NCBI GenBank assembly: GCA_050250255.1
Contig: JBFWOZ010000003.1
Location: 32,001-96,000 of the forward strand
Source: Bdellovibrionales bacterium
Lineage (GTDB): Bacteria > Bdellovibrionota > Bdellovibrionia > Bdellovibrionales > DASUEL01
DNA length: 64,000 nt
Direction: 5' to 3'
The stretch's first letter is position 1, and every line of letters starts with the position of its first letter. This document shows positions 57,797 through 64,000 of the stretch, piece after piece. Under the pieces are notes generated by a model, which made no database searches, was not told the origin of the DNA, and saw nothing but the letters and a program-made list of their open reading frames with translations. The translations under genes and the position numbers were made by a program.

Positions 57797-59548
57797 TTAA
57801 ACCCACAGAACCTCTTCGACCCGTTGAATGCCGAGCTTATCCATCACGACGCGATAAAGTTTATCTTGTGAGTGGGTGGGTTGGGTCTCTGCGGATTTGC
57901 TCAAGGAAAGAAAACTTTTCTTCTTAGCGTTCAATTTGATTCGGACGAGAAAATAAAAATGATACACCTTGTGGGAACGGTAGGCCGCGAGGGTCCCGTC
58001 CGTCTGAAGAATCGAAATATCTTTATGAGGATCATCCATGTGGCGTAAAAATCGTTCTAAATTAATACGAATGTTTTCTTGCACGGCCCAGATGGAGTGA
58101 GTGCCAAGACAAGTTTTGGAGGCCGTAGAAGAAATCTCCTGAGCTTTTTTATAAACGATCAAGTCTTCTTGTACAGAAGAGAGAATGGCTTTCGGCGTAT
58201 AAGCCTCTCTCCACTGTGTCCACTCAGCGGAATCTTTTGCGGAACATTTTTGTAAGGATTGAATACGAAACCATTCTTTCACGTAGCCTACGGAATCGTT
58301 CCCGTTTTCTTGATCGGTCATAAGCTGTTGGTCGAAGTCAGGAATAAGTTCAGTGGCTCGCTGACTTAAGCGCTCGCGCGCCCAGTCCTTAATGCGATCG
58401 CGAAGCACGTAAACGATAACCCCAAAACAAAAAATAAAAAGACCTTGAAAGGCCACGCCAAAAAGATCGGGGCGATTGAGCTTTTGAAAGAGCATCGCCC
58501 AGCTACCGGCACAAGTGGCGCCAACGAGAGCCATGGTCTCAGAGATTTTTTGCGCAGATGGTTTTCGAGTCACATCAAGAAACATGCGTGATTGAAAGAA
58601 TTTTTTGAGTTGCCCCATGTGATGGAGATAGGCTTCGCCTTGTAGCGGAGTGCTGTTTGGCTCCATCTTTTTCTTCTTTTGTGAATACTCAACCTCGCGG
58701 AGCTGAATCGACTTCATCTTCGATATGAGTTCTTGATGAAGTTCCGCAAAGTGTGTGCCTTTGCCTTGGGCTTGCCCTTGTTCAAGTGCGATTTGCATTT
58801 GCCCTAAATATTGAATGAAAGCTTGGGTGATAAAATCGTCGAGAAAATGTAGGAGTTGTTGAAGCGGATGTTGCGAACTCCACTCGCGAATCGTTAAAAG
58901 GTGTCGCGAATAAAGGTCCATCTCGTAAATCACGTCGAACATTTGGGTAGTGCCTAAGTTGTCCGGCGCGAGAAGGGAATAAGACATCAAAATATGTTTT
59001 TTAGATTTAGAGCCAGAGTATTTGAGATTCTCGCTAAAAATAGCGCCGAGCTCTTTAATGCTTTCTTGCAAATTTTCGACGTAAGAAAAGGGTTCGTTGA
59101 GTTGAGATCTCTGGGTTTGTTTTAAATCTTGCGCCACGTTTTCCAGCGCAATTTTCTGTGCCGAGTGACCAAGGCGATTCTGCATGGGTATAGAAAGTCT
59201 TAGTCGCGGCCGAAAATCTCCGTAGATATCTTGTTTACGCCAGCTGGTTGCTTGCAAACTTCTCGGGACAAAAAGTGCGACTTCCATTTCGCTGTGGAAC
59301 TTCTCTTGCGAGACTTCAAAGTAATTTTTAATTTCTACGTTATGGTGGTCGTGGTGGGAAAGCGTGCTTTTAAGATGGCAGTCGAGAGGCAAAGCAGGTT
59401 CTGGTTGAAGCTGCAGCCAGGAAGTAAAGTCGAGCGCCCTTTTTGCGGGACCCTTTATTCGTTTTGAAAAAGTGATGAATTCTTGAACGATGAAAAACCT
59501 CCGAAAGTACCTCCCAACGGCCAGTTGGGGTAAATATAAGGCTATCAT
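57797..59548 (-). CDS. Uncharacterised large protein with a central TM hairpin
   Basis: 583-aa ORF; two hydrophobic helices followed by YVLRDRIKDW; start uncertain. Confidence 0.7.
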   Translation of the reverse strand: MIALYLPQLAVGRYFRRFFIVQEFITFSKRIKGPAKRALDFTSWLQLQPEPALPLDCHLKSTLSHHDHHNVEIKNYFEVSQEKFHSEMEVALFVPRSLQATSWRKQDIYGDFRPRLRLSIPMQNRLGHSAQKIALENVAQDLKQTQRSQLNEPFSYVENLQESIKELGAIFSENLKYSGSKSKKHILMSYSLLAPDNLGTTQMFDVIYEMDLYSRHLLTIREWSSQHPLQQLLHFLDDFITQAFIQYLGQMQIALEQGQAQGKGTHFAELHQELISKMKSIQLREVEYSQKKKKMEPNSTPLQGEAYLHHMGQLKKFFQSRMFLDVTRKPSAQKISETMALVGATCAGSWAMLFQKLNRPDLFGVAFQGLFIFCFGVIVYVLRDRIKDWARERLSQRATELIPDFDQQLMTDQENGNDSVGYVKEWFRIQSLQKCSAKDSAEWTQWREAYTPKAILSSVQEDLIVYKKAQEISSTASKTCLGTHSIWAVQENIRINLERFLRHMDDPHKDISILQTDGTLAAYRSHKVYHFYFLVRIKLNAKKKSFLSLSKSAETQPTHSQDKLYRVVMDKLGIQRVEEVLWV

Positions 59549-59608
59549 TAGGCCCGAGGGTCACAAAGAAATTTCTGATGAAAGTCTAGGATCTAAAGAT
59601 GGTCATGG

Positions 59609-60031
59609 TTGGAATTGCTTGACGAAATGTTTCATGAAAATCTTAAGGAGATGCCAAAAAAGAATCTCAAAGTCCTTGTTATAGATGACGACGCTGAGTC
59701 TGCACAAGGCGTTGCGGAATGTTTTCAGATTTATGGATTTACTTCTCAGATCTCGATGAGCTCAGAGGCGATTCGGCAAATTCAGGAAGCGACCTTTGAT
59801 GTCATTCTGGTCGATATGAAAATGAAAAACGCCTCTGGTTTAGACCTCTTGCGACATTTTCAAAAACAAATACATTCACAGAATCAAACCACCAAAATTT
59901 TTGCCATGTTTGAAGGGCAAAAAGCACCGGGCCTCGATGACCTCGAAATTGACGGGTCTGTTTCTAAGCCTGTCACCGCGCAAAAAATTATTGAGATTGT
60001 ACGTAAGGCGAGTTTGTCACGAGTGGGTTAA
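59609..60031 (+). CDS. Single-domain response regulator (receiver)
   Basis: VLVIDDD, DVILVDMKM, SGLDLL, SKP. Confidence 0.85.
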   Translation: MELLDEMFHENLKEMPKKNLKVLVIDDDAESAQGVAECFQIYGFTSQISMSSEAIRQIQEATFDVILVDMKMKNASGLDLLRHFQKQIHSQNQTTKIFAMFEGQKAPGLDDLEIDGSVSKPVTAQKIIEIVRKASLSRVG

Positions 60032-60993
60032 AGCTTGATGTGTAAACCTTCGTACGCGAACTGCCAATCCACTTCATTTAGCTTTTCAGTTTTTGCCGAC
60101 TTTAATCTTTGTTCGTAATACTGCCGGGTCTGTCGTTCATTTTCGACAAGATCCTCATCGCTCGCAAAAGGATCGTGATGAACGAAAGCAACTTGTTTAA
60201 TTCCTTCGCGCATCGCAAGGTCTAGGCCTACACTCGGAACGGAATGCCCCCAGTTCGCTTTATCAATCACTTCTTTTACAGAGTACTGGCCATCAAAGAT
60301 CATGAGATCAATGTTTTGGTAAAGTGGAAGATCTGGGCCTAATTGCTCTGGCGTAAAACGTGTGCATTCCGTGTCGACACAATAAGCGAGACTCTTATTT
60401 TTATGAGAAATACGATAACCCCAAGATGGATCTGGATGATCGAGCATGTAAGGAGTGATGGTCATGTCTCCAAGAGTGAGAGGTTTTCTTGGTTGTAAGG
60501 CATTGAAAGTGATTTTTGCGCCGAGATCTTTGAATTCTACAGGGAAGATGGGTCGATGAAAAATAGCGCGAATGGAAGGCTCTAATTCTTCTTGGACCGC
60601 ATAAAAGTGAATGATGTTTCCAGGTACAAAAATGGGTCTGAAAAAGGGAATGCCAATCAGATGATCTAAGTGAAAATGAGTCATTAAAATATGAACTTCG
60701 CCTTTTCCTTTTCCACAAGGACCTGACATAAGTTCTTCGCCCGCTTGTTTGAGACCACTGCCTCCGTCGATAAGAATTTGAAATTGGTCCGTGCGGATTT
60801 CCGTACAAGTCGTGTTGCCCCCAAAGCCTTCCACCTTCCAGCGATCTTCAGATTCCAGGAAGCGACCGATATTGTTGGCTTGTGCACCAAATTCAATGAA
60901 GTCAGATAAAAGCCTACGGCCTCGCTCGCGAGTTTCCCACACTGTACTAGGGCGGGGTACAGAACCTCGCACGCCTAAAAAACGAATATTCAT
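60028..60993 (-). CDS. MBL-fold metallo-hydrolase (PhnP/RNase Z-like phosphodiesterase)
   Basis: FLGVRGS, GGNTTC, THFHLDHLIGIPFF, DHP, DTE, DGQY, WGHS, HHDP. Confidence 0.9.
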   Translation of the reverse strand: MNIRFLGVRGSVPRPSTVWETRERGRRLLSDFIEFGAQANNIGRFLESEDRWKVEGFGGNTTCTEIRTDQFQILIDGGSGLKQAGEELMSGPCGKGKGEVHILMTHFHLDHLIGIPFFRPIFVPGNIIHFYAVQEELEPSIRAIFHRPIFPVEFKDLGAKITFNALQPRKPLTLGDMTITPYMLDHPDPSWGYRISHKNKSLAYCVDTECTRFTPEQLGPDLPLYQNIDLMIFDGQYSVKEVIDKANWGHSVPSVGLDLAMREGIKQVAFVHHDPFASDEDLVENERQTRQYYEQRLKSAKTEKLNEVDWQFAYEGLHIKL

Positions 60994-61125
60994 GTTTGTT
61001 AACCTTTGCTCGTATGCTTCAGGCTATTTTTAAGCTTCGGTTCTGTCAATTTTTGAGCTTTTACAAAGGCTGTGCGTCTAAGATTCGGCTTGTCTCTCGG
61101 AGGGAGCTGTTTCAGAATCAATTCC

Positions 61126-61863
61126 GTGAAAAAATTCAATTCCATTCTTCTTTTTTGTGACGGTGCTTGCTCTGGAAACCCCGGTCCTGGGGGTTGGGCG
61201 ACAGTTTTGGCGTCTCCTGATAAGGGAGTGTTAGAGCTTGGAGGCCGAGTCCTTGCCACAACGAACAACCGTATGGAAATGCAAGCGCTTCTCGAAGGCT
61301 TAAAAAAAATTAAAAGTAGTACAACGCCTATTCTTGTATTCTCTGATTCCGTCTACGTACTTCGTGGCGTGTCGGCATGGGCTCATGGTTGGAAAAAAAG
61401 AGGTTGGAAGACCGCCGAAGGTGAGGATGTCGCCAATCGCGATTTATGGGAGCTCATTTTGCCTGAGGTTTCGCGTTTAGGTTCATCACGCTTTCAGTGG
61501 AATTATGTGCGCGGACATACGGGCGTTCCGGGAAATGAGCGTTGTGATGTCATTGCGGTGGAATTCTCTCAGGGGCAAAAGCCTGACCTCTATGAAGGAA
61601 GCTGGGATGGCTACACTTACGATTTACTCGAATTGCCTGCAGACTTGTCTTTACCTGCGATGAAATCTGCTAATTCTGGCCCAAAAATGCCGATGACCTA
61701 TTTGAGTTTGGTGAACGGGGTGCTGCAACGGCATAAAACATGGTCGGAATGTGAAGCGCGTGTGAAGGGCCGCCCTGGAGCAAAATTTAAAAAAGCAAAA
61801 AATAACGAAGAAGAAACAGCTATTGCCATTTCATGGGGTGTTGATCCCAGCCAATTGGTATAG
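61126..61863 (+). CDS. rnhA: Ribonuclease HI with C-terminal viroplasmin/Cauli_VI hybrid-binding domain
   Basis: DGACSGNPGPGGW, TTNNRME, SDSVY, NRDLW, GHTG, NERCD; C-terminal TWSECEARVKGRPGAKFKK. Confidence 0.92.
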   Translation: MKKFNSILLFCDGACSGNPGPGGWATVLASPDKGVLELGGRVLATTNNRMEMQALLEGLKKIKSSTTPILVFSDSVYVLRGVSAWAHGWKKRGWKTAEGEDVANRDLWELILPEVSRLGSSRFQWNYVRGHTGVPGNERCDVIAVEFSQGQKPDLYEGSWDGYTYDLLELPADLSLPAMKSANSGPKMPMTYLSLVNGVLQRHKTWSECEARVKGRPGAKFKKAKNNEEETAIAISWGVDPSQLV

Positions 61864-61866
61864 GAG

Positions 61867-64000
61867 ATGAATATGAAAGTTTCCATTTTATTAACAGGGT
61901 TCATTTTGTTTGCAGCCTCTTTTGTTCAAGCAAATGTTGATGCAAATTTAAAAGAAACATTTGCATTGGAACGTTCACGCTTGGTGAAGGATCCAGTTTA
62001 TAAACTTCACATCAAGCTCGAAAAAGAGAAAGAAACTTTTGCGGGTGAAGAAACTCTCTCTTTTCGGCTCGTTGAAAAAGAAGACGACGTTTGGGTGGAT
62101 TTTAAATACGGTGAAGTGACCGAGCTTCTCGTAAACAGAATCAAAGTGGAGAAAGTCGAGATCAAAGATTTTCGTATTCGGTTACCTGAAGACCTGTTGG
62201 TGGCAGGACAAAACGACATCTTCATTCGTTACACGCAGAAATTTTCTAAAAACGGAACGGGCCTGTACCGGTTTCAAGATCCGCAGGATAAGCAAGTCTA
62301 CATCTATTCGATGTTCGAGCCTTACGACGCCAATCACATGTTTCCAAGTTTTGATCAACCGGATATGAAGGGAGTTTTTCATCTCACAGTCGAAGCTCCA
62401 TCTGACTGGGTGGTGATTAGTTCAGGGAAAGAAAAGCAGGTAGGAAGATCAGGGAGAATGATTAAATGGGCTTTTGAAGAAACACTTCAAATCAGCCCTT
62501 ACATTTTCTCTCTTCACGCTGGACCTTACAAAGTTTGGAAATCTCAAGCAGGAGAGATCCCTTTAAGACTTTTTGCGCGAAAGTCGCTTGCCAAGTACGT
62601 TCGCGTATCTGATTGGTTTGAACCGACTCGTCATGGATTTAAATTCTTTCAATCGTATTTTAATTACCCTTATCCTTTTAAAAAATATGATCAACTGATC
62701 GTTCCAGATTTTAACTATGGAGCGATGGAAAACGTGGCGGCGGTTACGTTTGCGGAACGCTACGTGATTCGTGGCACCCCAACGACTTTAGATCGCGAGC
62801 GCCTCGCCGAGACTCTTCTCCACGAAATGGCACACATGTGGTTTGGAAATTTGGTTACGATGAGATGGTGGAACGGTTTGTGGCTTAATGAAAGCTTTGC
62901 GACTTACCTATCAATGATGGCCGTGGTGCAAATGAAAGACTTCTCGTACTCATGGCAAACTTTTAATACAAGCATTAAGTCATGGGCTTATTGGGAAGAT
63001 CAGCTTGTCACAACCCATCCGATTGAAGGGCAAGTTCCTGACACTCTCTCGGCTTTTGTGAATTTTGATGGAATTACTTACGGCAAGGGCGCCAGCGTCT
63101 TAAAACAACTTCATTACTTTTTGGGCGAAGAAGCTTTTCGTGATGGACTCAGGATTTATTTTAAAGCCCATGAGTATGGTAATACAGAAATTAAAGATTT
63201 TACGGGAGCTCTCGCTTCAAGTTCCGGAATGGATTTACGTGAGTGGTCGAAGCTTTGGCTTGAAAAAGCAGGTTTAGATTCTATCAGGCCAGAGTATGAG
63301 TGTGTACAAGGCCGTGTAAAAACATTTGACCTTCTTAAAACACCTCCTGGAGCAGAGCCGGTGGATCGCCCGCATCGCACTCAGATTGCGCTCTTTGATG
63401 TGAAAAATAATCGTCTCGTAAAACGTAAGACGGCGAACTTGCGTTACCAAACGGCTTCGACGATTGTGAGCGAATTCATTGGTGAAAAATGTCCAGGCTT
63501 TGTTTACTCCAACTTCGGCGACTATGATTATGTCAAAGTCGAGCTAGACGGAAATAGTATCGAAACAGCGAAAAAATATCTCTCAACGATTGACGATGTT
63601 CTCTTGCGTACGATGATTTGGGGCAACCTCTTTGAGATGTTGAGAGATGCGAAAATTTCTTTAGCAGATTATCTGGAAATTGTGCTTCAGCATTTTCCTA
63701 AAGAACAAAGTTTGCCGGCGATGAAGCTGGTGCTCGACTCGCTTCACGGTCGTGGTTTTAACGCCTTAGACACTTTTACTTATTATTATCCTCAAAGCGA
63801 AAAGCGTTTGGCAGTGATTTCTCAGCTAGAAAAGATGTTATGGAATAGATTAATCAAGGCGAAGGCGGGAAGTGGACATCAAAAAATTCTTTTTACGTCT
63901 TACACCAAGCTCGCAGAATCTCTTGAGGCGCAAAAACGATTAGCAGGATTTTTAAAAAGCGCCCGACCGTTAAAAGGCTTCAAGGTGGATCAAGATCTTC
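61867..64000 (+). CDS. pepN: Aminopeptidase N (M1), exported; truncated by the window end
   Basis: Absent from the ORF track; hand translation of segments gives signal peptide MNMKVSILLTGFILFAASFVQA, GAMEN (about 62719), HEMAHMWFG (62821), WLNESFA, FDGITYGKGA. Confidence 0.93.
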   Translation, partial: MNMKVSILLTGFILFAASFVQANVDANLKETFALERSRLVKDPVYKLHIKLEKEKETFAGEETLSFRLVEKEDDVWVDFKYGEVTELLVNRIKVEKVEIKDFRIRLPEDLLVAGQNDIFIRYTQKFSKNGTGLYRFQDPQDKQVYIYSMFEPYDANHMFPSFDQPDMKGVFHLTVEAPSDWVVISSGKEKQVGRSGRMIKWAFEETLQISPYIFSLHAGPYKVWKSQAGEIPLRLFARKSLAKYVRVSDWFEPTRHGFKFFQSYFNYPYPFKKYDQLIVPDFNYGAMENVAAVTFAERYVIRGTPTTLDRERLAETLLHEMAHMWFGNLVTMRWWNGLWLNESFATYLSMMAVVQMKDFSYSWQTFNTSIKSWAYWEDQLVTTHPIEGQVPDTLSAFVNFDGITYGKGASVLKQLHYFLGEEAFRDGLRIYFKAHEYGNTEIKDFTGALASSSGMDLREWSKLWLEKAGLDSIRPEYECVQGRVKTFDLLKTPPGAEPVDRPHRTQIALFDVKNNRLVKRKTANLRYQTASTIVSEFIGEKCPGFVYSNFGDYDYVKVELDGNSIETAKKYLSTIDDVLLRTMIWGNLFEMLRDAKISLADYLEIVLQHFPKEQSLPAMKLVLDSLHGRGFNALDTFTYYYPQSEKRLAVISQLEKMLWNRLIKAKAGSGHQKILFTSYTKLAESLEAQKRLAGFLKSARPLKGFKVDQDL

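Noticed and set aside
1508..63380. Many short ORFs nested in or antisense to identified genes
   Set aside because: Shadow frames of well-supported CDSs without RBS or motifs
1..64000. CRISPR array, rRNA, IS transposase, prophage structural genes, dif site
   Set aside because: No regularly spaced repeats or matching motifs seen by eye

Overview
Mostly core chromosome of a bacterium that is probably a Bdellovibrionota (Bdellovibrio-like) member. This is inferred from gene content and order: TIGR02147-type protein, CHASE2 cyclase, GYF_2 protein, VKOR-DsbA fusion, many orphan secreted proteins. Left part: tRNA-Arg(CCT), lemA-TPM-TPM-ABC, and the ffh-rpsP-khpA-rimM-trmD-MTase-rplS-rnhB-yraN block. 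Next come a minus-strand rsmI/CHASE2 adenylate cyclase/class II phosphodiesterase/lptD run, lpxC-aat, HU and argS. A DAP/lysine cluster (dapD, lysC, lysA) is interleaved with murein peptidases (mpaA, mepA). Right part: a glycosylation cassette (SDR + ColD-type dehydratase + polyprenol-P glycosyltransferase + GT-C), tRNA-Leu(GAG), a candidate sigma54 operon of three unknown lipoproteins, xerD, comM and tRNA-Cys(GCA). A roughly 2.7 kb islet follows tRNA-Cys (secreted protein, TIGR02147, higBA) and is closed by a degenerate copy of the tRNA 3' end. The window ends with a lexA-dinB cassette, rnhA and a truncated secreted pepN. No CRISPR array, rRNA or transposase was seen. The best candidates for undescribed systems are the dideoxysugar/lipid-carrier/GT-C cassette, the sigma54 lipoprotein triplet, the TIGR02147 module with its palindrome, the cAMP-LptD linkage and the DAP-salvage cluster. 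All family calls are by motif recognition; no database search was run.
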